From: Candidatus Eiseniibacteriota bacterium
GTDB lineage: Bacteria > Eisenbacteria > RBG-16-71-46
DNA length: 64,000 nucleotides
Reading direction: 5' to 3'
NCBI GenBank assembly: GCA_963717935.1
Contig: CAVQXP010000004.1
Location: 1,216,001 to 1,280,000 of the forward strand
How positions within the stretch are numbered: position 1 is the stretch's first letter; each line of letters starts with the position of its first letter. Position numbers and translations under genes: made by a program. The notes under the pieces are model-generated. The model made no database searches, was not told the origin of the DNA, and saw only the letters and a program-made list of their open reading frames with translations. Positions 44,742 to 54,705 of this stretch are shown here, piece by piece.

Positions 44742-47126
44742 TCAGCGGCCGAGCGCCCCGGTCAGCACCGCACCCCGCTGGGAGTCTAGCAGGATTCCGC
44801 GGGATTGGGCCCTCGAATCTTCCACCACGACCGCGATGGACCCCGGCTCGGTGCGGGCGAAGCGGATGCGGCCGGATGCGTCGGTCACGAGGACGAGCGC
44901 GCCTCCCAGCGTCACGGCCGCGTCCGGCACGGGGTGTCCCGCGGGGTCGAGCACGGTGAGCGAGTCGGCGGGCCAGACCGCCTGCGGTGCCCACTCGCGC
45001 GCCAGCGCCAGGAACAGGGCGTAGGCCTCCGCGCGCAGCGCGCCCGGCGCGAGCAATCGCGACTCGGCCGCTTCGTCGCCGAGCGATGCGGGCGAGGCGA
45101 AGAGCGCGGGGCAGGAGGTCTGCTGGATCACGTACTGCGCCTCCCCGGCCACCCCGGGTTCGGCAAGGCCGAGCGTGGCAAACGCCTGCGCGCTGCGCTC
45201 GGCCCAGGCCTTCCCGGCCGGGCTCGCGGCGTGGTGGCCGAGCCGGGGCGGTGTCGTGCGGTGGGCGATGCGCAGGAAGCGCTCGGCCTGGAACGCCTCG
45301 CTCGCCTGCACGCGCTCGACTTCCGAGAGCGCGAGGTCGCCCTCGCGCGTGAGCCGCACGTCGGCGCCCGCGGCCGCGAGGAACCCGGCGAGGATGCGCG
45401 CGCTCTCGAGGTTGAGCGACGCCGCGCGCGTGCCGCCCGGTCCCTGCCCGGCGGCGTCCTCGCCGCCACCCTCCGGATCGAGCACGATGCGCCGGCCGTG
45501 CAACGCGCCGCCGGCGACGGGGACGAAACGCGGCGGGAAGGTCGAGTCGGCGGGCCAGGCGCGGTAGCCGGGCAGCGCCGGCACCTGGACCGCGCCCGCC
45601 GAGTCGCGGGGAAGCATCGCGAAGCCGTCTCGGTTGATCCAGGGGACGCGCGGTTCTGGCTCCTGAGTGCCGAGTGCGCGGGCCAAAGGGGCGCCCTCGG
45701 GCATTCGCTGCACCCAGCCCGACCAGTCGCGCATGCGAATCGGGATCTCCGTGGGCCAGCGGATCGTGCTCAGCGCGAACTCGACGGCCTCCGGAGGCGC
45801 GCCCATCAGCGTGTCGTTGGAAGCCCGCGCTTCGAAGACCGCGTCCGGCGCGCGCTCGCCGCGGACCGCGCGGAAGTAGGCCCACGCGACGCCGTCCGCG
45901 ACCGCGAGCGTGGTCTCGGCCGGCACGATGCCGTGGCCCGCAACACGGCGGATCACGACGGAGCCAGTGTCGGCCGCGATGCGCCCCCAGGGGTCAAGCG
46001 CGCGGATCCGCACCGCCGCCACCGGGTGCTGCTCGTCCAGCCCGGGCCCGGTGACGGGCTCCACGGACAGGAAGCTCCACGGCCGGTGGACCTCGAATCT
46101 GAGGTGCCGCTCCCGGGCCGCGCCTTCACCCGAGAGGCGCACCCGCAGCAGCGCCGTGTGCGGGCCGCTCCGCCAGGGCTCCGGGGGACGCCACGAGAGC
46201 CGGGAACCGGTCCGGACCGGCTCGACCGCCCGCCCGTCCACGAGAAGCTCGACCTGGTCGAAGGCGCCGCGCACGCGGGCCCGGAGCACCGGGTCGCCCG
46301 GGAGCAGGCGGGGAACGGAGTCCGCGCGGGAGTTGCCGTCGTCGAACTCCTCGATCACCGGCACCTTGCGCGCGAAGTAGCGCGCCAGGCCGATGAGGAT
46401 CGCCTGGGCCTCCAGCTCCTGCTTCTCCGGCAGCCGCAGCCGCTCTTCGACGTCGGGGTTCGTGATGTAACTGGTCTCGGTGAGCAGCGCCGGCGCGGCG
46501 CTGCTGCGGAGCACGTAGAAGTTGCCGGGCACGACCTTGTTCGATTGGATGCCCACGTTGCGCACCAGTGCGCGGTGCACGTCCTGGGCGACGTCGAGCG
46601 AGGGGCCATCGTCGCCGAGCTTGTAGTAGGTCTGGGTCTCGTTGACGTCGTGGGCACCACGCGGGTCGGCATTGTGGTGGATCGAGATCAGCAGGTCGGG
46701 GTCAAACCCGGCGGCGAGCCGCGCACGCTCGGCCAGGTCGGTGCGCAGCGCGGAGTCGGCGGGGGTGAGGAAGTCGCGATCGCTCTCGCGCGTCATGAAA
46801 GCCTCGGCACCGTGCGTCGCGAGCAGGTCGCGCAGACGCCGTGCGACGCCCAGGTTCACCTCGGCCTCGGTGAGACCGCCGACGCCGAGTGCGCCGCGGA
46901 AGTGGCCGCCGTGCCCGGGGTCGAGCGCGATCCGGCGGCCCGCCAGGCCGCTCGCGTCCACCGCTGCGAGTTCGTCCCGCAGGCGCTCGTAGCCGGGTGC
47001 GGGGCGCGGGGGCGCGGGCGGGCGGCGCGGGAACACGGCGCAGCCGCTGCCGGCGAATGCGGCGAGTGCGAAGACCAGGGCGATGGTCGGCAGCGCACGC
47101 GTCCTTGCGCGGAGGGCGTACCTCAT
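44742..47126 (-). CDS. N-acetylmuramoyl-L-alanine amidase lipoprotein with a second, degenerate amidase domain
   Basis: Lipobox-like AGSGC; Amidase_3 motifs IALDPGHGG, EAEVNL, ISIHHNA, ALLTE; second copy IVLDPEGGG. Confidence 0.85.
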   Translation of the reverse strand: MRYALRARTRALPTIALVFALAAFAGSGCAVFPRRPPAPPRPAPGYERLRDELAAVDASGLAGRRIALDPGHGGHFRGALGVGGLTEAEVNLGVARRLRDLLATHGAEAFMTRESDRDFLTPADSALRTDLAERARLAAGFDPDLLISIHHNADPRGAHDVNETQTYYKLGDDGPSLDVAQDVHRALVRNVGIQSNKVVPGNFYVLRSSAAPALLTETSYITNPDVEERLRLPEKQELEAQAILIGLARYFARKVPVIEEFDDGNSRADSVPRLLPGDPVLRARVRGAFDQVELLVDGRAVEPVRTGSRLSWRPPEPWRSGPHTALLRVRLSGEGAARERHLRFEVHRPWSFLSVEPVTGPGLDEQHPVAAVRIRALDPWGRIAADTGSVVIRRVAGHGIVPAETTLAVADGVAWAYFRAVRGERAPDAVFEARASNDTLMGAPPEAVEFALSTIRWPTEIPIRMRDWSGWVQRMPEGAPLARALGTQEPEPRVPWINRDGFAMLPRDSAGAVQVPALPGYRAWPADSTFPPRFVPVAGGALHGRRIVLDPEGGGEDAAGQGPGGTRAASLNLESARILAGFLAAAGADVRLTREGDLALSEVERVQASEAFQAERFLRIAHRTTPPRLGHHAASPAGKAWAERSAQAFATLGLAEPGVAGEAQYVIQQTSCPALFASPASLGDEAAESRLLAPGALRAEAYALFLALAREWAPQAVWPADSLTVLDPAGHPVPDAAVTLGGALVLVTDASGRIRFARTEPGSIAVVVEDSRAQSRGILLDSQRGAVLTGALGR

Positions 47127-47214
47127 GCGCGGGCACGATAGCACCGGGCTTCCGGGAGCGGCAACGAGCGCCGCGCCTCGGGCCGCTGCCCGCAGCGCCG
47201 CGTGAATGCCCCGG

Positions 47215-49719
47215 CTACGCGGCTTCCCCTGCCTCCATGCGGCCGGCGGCGACGTGGATGGCGCGTGCCACGTCCGCGAGGGTGAAGGGCTTGGCGATCA
47301 CCAGGTCGGCGCCCGCCTCGCTGGCGGCGCACCGGTCCAGGTCCTCGCCCCAGCCGGTCACGAAGACGATGGTCAGCGCGGGGTCCATCGCGCGCATCCG
47401 CCGCGCCAGCTCCCAGCCCGTCATGCCCGGCATGCCCAGGTCCGTGATCACCAACTGGAACGTGCCCGGCCGCAAGGCGCGCAGTGCCTCGTCGCCCGAG
47501 GCGCACGCGGTCACGCGCTGGCCCAGGGTGGTCGCGATGTCCTGCAGCACCTCGCGTACGGACTCCTCGTCGTCCACGATCATGACGTCGAGGGCGGGCA
47601 ACGCGTCCGGGATGACCTCGACCGGGGCCGGGACCTGGGGCGCGGCGGCCAGAGGGAAGGTGAGCTGCATGCTCGTTCCCGCGCCGGGGTGCGTGACGAC
47701 CTCGATCGCCCCGCCGTGCCGCTGCACGATGCCGTAGACGACGGACATGCCCAGGCCCGTGCCGCCGTCACCCTTCGTCGTGAAGAACGGCTCGAACAGC
47801 CGGCGCGCGGTCTCCTCGTCCATGCCGATGCCGTCGTCGGCGACCGTCGCGATCGCACGCCGCCCGTCGTCGCGGATCGCCGCGCGGATGGTGCCACCGT
47901 GCGGCAGCGCGTCCACCGCGTTCAGGATGAGGTTCGTGAAGACCTCCCTCAACTCGTTGGCGCGGCCGGCGACCCAGACCGCCGGTCGGGAGGCGAGGTG
48001 CACCTGGATGGCGATTCCGGCCGCCTGCGCCTCGTTCTCCCAGCGGGGCCGCGTGAACTCGATCGCATCCTGCAGCATGACGTGCAGGTCCACGGACTCC
48101 GTGACCGTCTCCTGGGACGCCTGCCCGAACTGGCGCAGCCGCCGGCCGGTCTCCCTGCCGTCCTCGGCGGCCCGCTCGATCACCGCGAGCGCGCACAGCA
48201 ACTCCGCGGGGGAGAGCGTGCCGGCCTCGATCTTGAACTTGAGCAGTTGCGCGCGGCCCATGATGGCGCCGAGCACGTTGTTGAAGTCGTGGGCCACGCC
48301 GGCGGCCATCTCGCCGGCGACGCGGAGCATCTCCGAATGCACCAGGTAGTCGTGGGTGCGCTGCAGCTCGTCGAAGGCGGCCTCGAGACGCCACTTCAGG
48401 TGCCAGGCGTGCAGGGCGGAGGACAGGTGGCTCGTCAGGGCGGTCACGACATCCATCTCGGAGGCCGGAAACGCCTCGGGGTCGTTTGAGACCGCGAGCA
48501 GGATGGCCGGGGGCGAGCCGGGCAGCTGGAGGTGGACGACCATCCCCGTGCGGATGCCCTGCTCGTTCATCCCCCGGCAGATGGGGCAGTCCGCGCTCGG
48601 GTCGGGCGTGAAACGCACCGCGACCGTGCCGAGGTCGTTCGCCCGGACGAGGAGATGCTCGGGCACGGGCATGCCCTGCTCCAGGCCCGCCCACGGCGCC
48701 GCCGGCTCGAAATGAGTGAACTCGGGGGCCGACTGGTCCAGGGACGGGACCGCCAGGGCCACCGCGCGCGCCCGCGTCACGCGCTTCACCTCGCGCGCCA
48801 CGATCTCGAAGATGCTGTGGGGGTCGTGGGTGGCCCGGGCCCCGCGCGCGATGGAGAGCATGGCGGTGGAAGCCACGCGGAGCGCCTCGGCCTCGGCCTC
48901 GGTCTGGCGGCGGGCCTTCTGCAGCGCGGCCGCCATGGTGTTCATCGAGCCCGCCAGGTTGCCCAGCTCGTCGTCGTCGCACACCGGCAGACGGCGATCC
49001 AGATGCCCCGCGGCGACCTCGCGGGCCAGATCGCTGGCCTCGCGCAGCGGGCGGATGATGACGCCGAAGAAGAGCGCCAGGGCGAGGTAGCCGAGGGCCG
49101 CGGTGAGCACCAGCAGCAGCAGGCCCAGGTAGGCCGCGGCCCGCACGGCCTGGTGCGCCCGCGCGGTCGAGACCACGAGCCGCACCCAGCCCAGTTGCGT
49201 GGGGGCCGGGGTGTGCGGCTCGCCGGAGAAGCCGAAGAGCTGGATCGCCTCGCCCAGCGGGTTGTCCACGTGGTGGTGGCGCGTGATCGGGGCGATCACG
49301 TCGAGCACCTCGTCGCCGTTCACACGCCGACGTGACACGACGACGGTGCCGCTCGCCGTCCCTCCGCCTGGTGCTCCCAGCTCCGTCCACAGCGCGGCGT
49401 CGAGCGCGAGTTGCGCCAGCGCCGGTCCGCGGGGGGGATAGACGGCCGCAGCCTGCATGTCGGGCTCGATGAGGGCGCGTTGCACCTGGTGAAGGAGCTC
49501 CTCGCGGTCGTTGACCACGACCGGTGTCGCCGAGCGCTCTGCCATGAGCCGGGCCAGAGAGCTCGCCCGGGACCTCAGCTCCCGGTACTCGCGGTTCCAG
49601 GTCAGCGTGGTGAAGAGCGCCTCGAACCCCACGCCGGAGGACAGCACGCCCGCCATCAGCAGGAGGGTCATGCGCGTCCAGAGGCCACGCTGCGGACGCG
49701 CGAAGAGCCGGGGCTTCAA
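47215..49719 (-). CDS. Hybrid sensor histidine kinase (2 TM, periplasmic sensor, HAMP, GAF, HisKA, HATPase, REC)
   Basis: H-box GVAHDFNN, N-box NLILNAVDA, D.G.GM, FEPFFTTK, GTGLG, receiver IVDDE...TDLGMP...KP; TTG start overlaps the upstream stop (alternative ATG at 49671). Confidence 0.92.
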   Translation of the reverse strand: MKPRLFARPQRGLWTRMTLLLMAGVLSSGVGFEALFTTLTWNREYRELRSRASSLARLMAERSATPVVVNDREELLHQVQRALIEPDMQAAAVYPPRGPALAQLALDAALWTELGAPGGGTASGTVVVSRRRVNGDEVLDVIAPITRHHHVDNPLGEAIQLFGFSGEPHTPAPTQLGWVRLVVSTARAHQAVRAAAYLGLLLLVLTAALGYLALALFFGVIIRPLREASDLAREVAAGHLDRRLPVCDDDELGNLAGSMNTMAAALQKARRQTEAEAEALRVASTAMLSIARGARATHDPHSIFEIVAREVKRVTRARAVALAVPSLDQSAPEFTHFEPAAPWAGLEQGMPVPEHLLVRANDLGTVAVRFTPDPSADCPICRGMNEQGIRTGMVVHLQLPGSPPAILLAVSNDPEAFPASEMDVVTALTSHLSSALHAWHLKWRLEAAFDELQRTHDYLVHSEMLRVAGEMAAGVAHDFNNVLGAIMGRAQLLKFKIEAGTLSPAELLCALAVIERAAEDGRETGRRLRQFGQASQETVTESVDLHVMLQDAIEFTRPRWENEAQAAGIAIQVHLASRPAVWVAGRANELREVFTNLILNAVDALPHGGTIRAAIRDDGRRAIATVADDGIGMDEETARRLFEPFFTTKGDGGTGLGMSVVYGIVQRHGGAIEVVTHPGAGTSMQLTFPLAAAPQVPAPVEVIPDALPALDVMIVDDEESVREVLQDIATTLGQRVTACASGDEALRALRPGTFQLVITDLGMPGMTGWELARRMRAMDPALTIVFVTGWGEDLDRCAASEAGADLVIAKPFTLADVARAIHVAAGRMEAGEAA

Positions 49720-50645
49720 TCCAGCACCTCGATCTCGCCGGCCGCCGAGGACGGCACCGGGCAGCCCAGCGCGCGGGCGGTCGCGGCGTTGAGCACCACG
49801 TGGGTACGCCGCAGCGGCAGCACGCCGATGTCGCCGGCCCGCTCGCCGCTCCGGATACGGCGCACGATCCCGGCGGCCTGTGCGCCCATCCAGGTGTAAT
49901 CGGGGGAGGCCGCCACGAGCGCGCCGGAGCGCACCAGCGACTCCGAGAAGACGAGCAGGGGCTTGTGGTGCGCCAGCGACAGCTCGAGCAGGGTTTGGAA
50001 GACCTCGGGCGTGGCGACGGTCGGGTCGGCCGGGAGCCACAGGGCGTCCACCCTGCCGGCGAGGTCGTGGAGGACCCGCTGGAGGTCCGACAGATCCGTG
50101 ACCGGCGCCTCGACGAGCGTGATGCCAGCGGCGTCCGCGGCGGCGCTTGCGCGGCGCGCCAGAGCGGCGCCGGTCGCACGGCCGAAGAGCAGACCCACGC
50201 GCTTCACGCCGGGCAGCGCGCTCCGCAGCGCGGCGAGATCGCGCTCGGGAGGCACGTCCGCCGACACGCCGGTGATCGAGCTGCCCGCGAGGTCGAAACG
50301 CTCGTAGTTGGGGACCACGCAGAAGACCAGCGGGACGCGGGGCAGGTGATTGCGGGCGAAGAGGGCAGCCTTGAGCCCTACCGCCACGACCACGGCGGGA
50401 CGCGTGGCCCGGATGCGGCTCAGCAGGCCGCCCGGGTCCGACTCGTCCAGCAGGAAGGCGCTCACCGGGTCCGGGTAAGCGGACGAGAAGGCCGCTGCCG
50501 CCTGCTCATAGGGCGCCAGCGTTCCGCTCTTGATGAGCGCGACCGTCGCGGCGAAGCCGGTGGCGGGCGCGCCGAGGCCCAGCGCGATGACCAGCGCCAG
50601 GACGGGACCCGCGCGGGGCGGATGCGCCGCGGGACAGCCCCTCAT
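49716..50645 (-). CDS. Periplasmic substrate-binding protein (ABC_sub_bind-like)
   Basis: Signal peptide, VVAVG..A, PLVF, ITGV, LP.VKRVG, DALWL..D, G.QAA, LN..TA..LG. Confidence 0.82.
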   Translation of the reverse strand: MRGCPAAHPPRAGPVLALVIALGLGAPATGFAATVALIKSGTLAPYEQAAAAFSSAYPDPVSAFLLDESDPGGLLSRIRATRPAVVVAVGLKAALFARNHLPRVPLVFCVVPNYERFDLAGSSITGVSADVPPERDLAALRSALPGVKRVGLLFGRATGAALARRASAAADAAGITLVEAPVTDLSDLQRVLHDLAGRVDALWLPADPTVATPEVFQTLLELSLAHHKPLLVFSESLVRSGALVAASPDYTWMGAQAAGIVRRIRSGERAGDIGVLPLRRTHVVLNAATARALGCPVPSSAAGEIEVLD

Positions 50646-52642
50646 CTGAGCTCGAACGGGAGGCAGGAAAGGGTGACGAAGAAGGCCCGCGAGTCCTGCA
50701 CGATCTGGTCCTGCACGTGCTCCGTGGAGCCCGGGTCGCCGTAGCGCGCGTCGAAGAGGTTGCGGACCTCGAACCCCGCCGTGAGCCCGGCGACCAGGCG
50801 CCGGCTCACTCGCGCGTCGCAGACCATGGCCGCGGCCGTGCGCTGGCCCGCGAGCGTCAGGCGCGACGACAGGTAGCGCGCGCCCGCGCCCACCGTCGTC
50901 CGCTCGCCGGGCAGGACGTGATAGGCCAGCACGTGCGCGTTCCAGCGCGGAGAGTTCGTGAGCTCCGCCCCGGTGTCGCCGTCCTTGCTGTGCTGCCACG
51001 CCAGCGCCACGCGCGCGTGCGTGGTGGCGTCGGGCGTGAAGCGCAGTCCGCCCTCGAGGCCCTGTGCGCGCGCCCGGGCGCGATTCTCGTAGTGCGTGTT
51101 CCCCAGCTCGTCCACCTCGGCCAGATCGATGAGGTCGCGCACCTGGCTGTCGTAGGCGGTGAGCGAGGCCGTGAAGGGGCCCGCCCCGCGCTCGAGCGTG
51201 CACTCGACCGTCGTCACGCGCTCCGGACTCAACCGCGTGGCCTCCGGCGAGGGGGCCTCCGTCAGCGTCTGGTTCTCGAACGGCGACGGGGCGCGGAAGG
51301 CCGAGCCGCCGAGGAGCTTCAGACGCGTGCCCGGGCGGAGCGTCCAGACCAGGTCGGCCCGGGGACTGACGACCGCGTCGTAGCGCGAGTCGTGGTCGAT
51401 CCGGGCGCCCGCCGTGACGATCAGCCGCCGGCCGAGACGGAACTCGTCCTGCACGTAGGCTCCGACGAGGCTCCCGGTGACGTTGGTGCTGTAGAAGCTG
51501 GCGTAGGGATCGACATAGTAGCTCTCGAGGCTCCCGCGCAGCGCCCGCTGGGCCTCCAGCCCGAGCGTGAGCGCCTGCCGCGCGGTGACCCCCCAGTTGG
51601 CGCGGCATTCCGCGCCGAGCACGTCGCTGTCGCCGCGATCCTCGTTCACGACCCTGGCGGGGTCCGGGTCCAGGACGTAGATGTACTGGCCGTGGTAGCG
51701 CGATCCGTCCCAGTAGGTGCGGCCGGTGAGCTCGAGGCTGTGGCTCACCCGCCGGTTGGCCGAGAGCTCGACGTAGTCGTGTCCGTCCCAGGTGCGGTTC
51801 TGATCGTCGCCGAAGCTCGTGCCGTAGGAGGCGGTGGGGATGGTCTTCTCGCGGTCGTTCAGCTTGACCGCGAGCTTCGCGGGCCCCCATGCGGCCGTGC
51901 CGAAGAAGGACAGGGCGCGTTCGCCATCCAGCCGGACGGCCCGCCCGGAGCAGGTCAGCGGGTCATCGAACTCGGCGAAGTAGAGGTCCGGGCCGCGGGT
52001 CTGGAGCCACGAGACGCCGGCCTGCCACTCGGGCCAGCCAGGGTGGGCCGTGGCGACCGAAGCGCGGCCGCGCCACTCGCCGGCGCCGCCGGCCCGCAGG
52101 TCGAGGCTCGCACCCGGTTCGCTGCGCGGGCGGCGGGTCACGACGTTCACGACCGCCAGCGCGGCGTAACTGCCGTAGAGGGCGGAGCCCGGGCCCCGGA
52201 CGACCTCGATGCGTTCCACCTCCTCGAGGTCGAGTCCCAGCTCCGGGCCGAAGAGCGCGTCGCCGAACACGCTTCCGTTCATCGTGTGTCCGTCGAGCGT
52301 GAGCAGGATCTTGTTGTTGTAGTCGCCGGGGCGCTGCAGTCCGCGCACGCCCACGTAGGTGTAGTTACGGTCATAGGTGACGAACACGCCACCCACCCAG
52401 CGCAGGGCGTCTCCGAGGGTCTGGTAACCCATGGCGTGGATCTCGGCGGCGGAGATGACCGTGACCGAGGATGGGGTCTCCGAGAGCGGCAGGGGACGCT
52501 TGCTGACTCCCGTGACGATCTGCTCCTGCATGAGGGAGAAGGCGTCGTCGGCCGCTTCTAGGGCCCGGGCGGAGTCTCGGGGCGCCGCCGAGAGGAACAC
52601 GCCGGTGAGGAGCGCGCCGATGAGGGCTCGTCTGCAGGACAT
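50642..52642 (-). CDS. TonB-dependent receptor
   Basis: GGAGG RBS, signal peptide, plug motifs PSSVTVIS..EI and VERIEVVRGPGSALYG, SPR, AFRAPS, C-terminal VRNLFD..Y. Confidence 0.92.
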   Translation of the reverse strand: MSCRRALIGALLTGVFLSAAPRDSARALEAADDAFSLMQEQIVTGVSKRPLPLSETPSSVTVISAAEIHAMGYQTLGDALRWVGGVFVTYDRNYTYVGVRGLQRPGDYNNKILLTLDGHTMNGSVFGDALFGPELGLDLEEVERIEVVRGPGSALYGSYAALAVVNVVTRRPRSEPGASLDLRAGGAGEWRGRASVATAHPGWPEWQAGVSWLQTRGPDLYFAEFDDPLTCSGRAVRLDGERALSFFGTAAWGPAKLAVKLNDREKTIPTASYGTSFGDDQNRTWDGHDYVELSANRRVSHSLELTGRTYWDGSRYHGQYIYVLDPDPARVVNEDRGDSDVLGAECRANWGVTARQALTLGLEAQRALRGSLESYYVDPYASFYSTNVTGSLVGAYVQDEFRLGRRLIVTAGARIDHDSRYDAVVSPRADLVWTLRPGTRLKLLGGSAFRAPSPFENQTLTEAPSPEATRLSPERVTTVECTLERGAGPFTASLTAYDSQVRDLIDLAEVDELGNTHYENRARARAQGLEGGLRFTPDATTHARVALAWQHSKDGDTGAELTNSPRWNAHVLAYHVLPGERTTVGAGARYLSSRLTLAGQRTAAAMVCDARVSRRLVAGLTAGFEVRNLFDARYGDPGSTEHVQDQIVQDSRAFFVTLSCLPFELR

Positions 52643-53070
52643 GATTTGACCTCCGTGTCCGGTCGTCGAGGCGGCTACTCTCCGACGCTGGAAGATGCTT
52701 CCTGATGGGCTGGAGAGTTTTCGGCATTTCTGACACGAAGCGTGAGCGCTGAATCCGGGCTCCGTCTCGCCGTCGTCGTTCGTTGCGGGCGGACCGCCGC
52801 GGAGCGGCCTCGCCGGGGCGATCGAGAGGTCCGGTCGCCACGGGCTGCCACGTCTCCGGCTGGACGTTTCTGGGCGAAATGCCCCGGGGACGGGGTTCCG
52901 CCAGGGCGGACTCCGCGGCATCTCTCGACCCGTCGAGCCGGGGCTGGACGTCGCCATCGCGCTCCGGCGGATGGTGGTGGAGGGCCGGACCGCGAGCCTG
53001 GCGCCGAGGACCACGCACCGGGGACCCGGCACTGGCCGTCCCCCTCCCTGCGGTCTAGACTGCCGGGGTC

Positions 53071-54474
<1,404 letters not shown>

Positions 54475-54532
54475 GCGGTGGAGCGGGCCGCGCGTCCGCC
54501 GGGGGCGCCCCCGATTCGCTGTCGGGATTTGA

Positions 54533-54561
54533 TTGACCCCCGCGCGGCGCGCCCGTAATCT
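54533..54561 (+). promoter_or_regulatory. Sigma70-like promoter for smc
   Basis: TTGACC, 17-bp spacer, TAATCT. Confidence 0.5.
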
Positions 54562-54705
54562 CCGTTGCTGCGGGCCACCGGCTCTGCCCGGCGCCCCCTG
54601 AGACAGCGCTCACGCAGCCTGCTTCCCACCGAAGTCTCGGACACGATCGCACTCGGATACACCCCGGCCGCCTTCCGGCTGGCGCCGAGCGAGAGGGGAA
54701 CAAGG

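Noticed and set aside
52650..53070. Cobalamin or other riboswitch upstream of the TonB-dependent receptor
   Set aside because: I could not identify a B12 box or other conserved aptamer motifs by eye; an Rfam scan would be needed.
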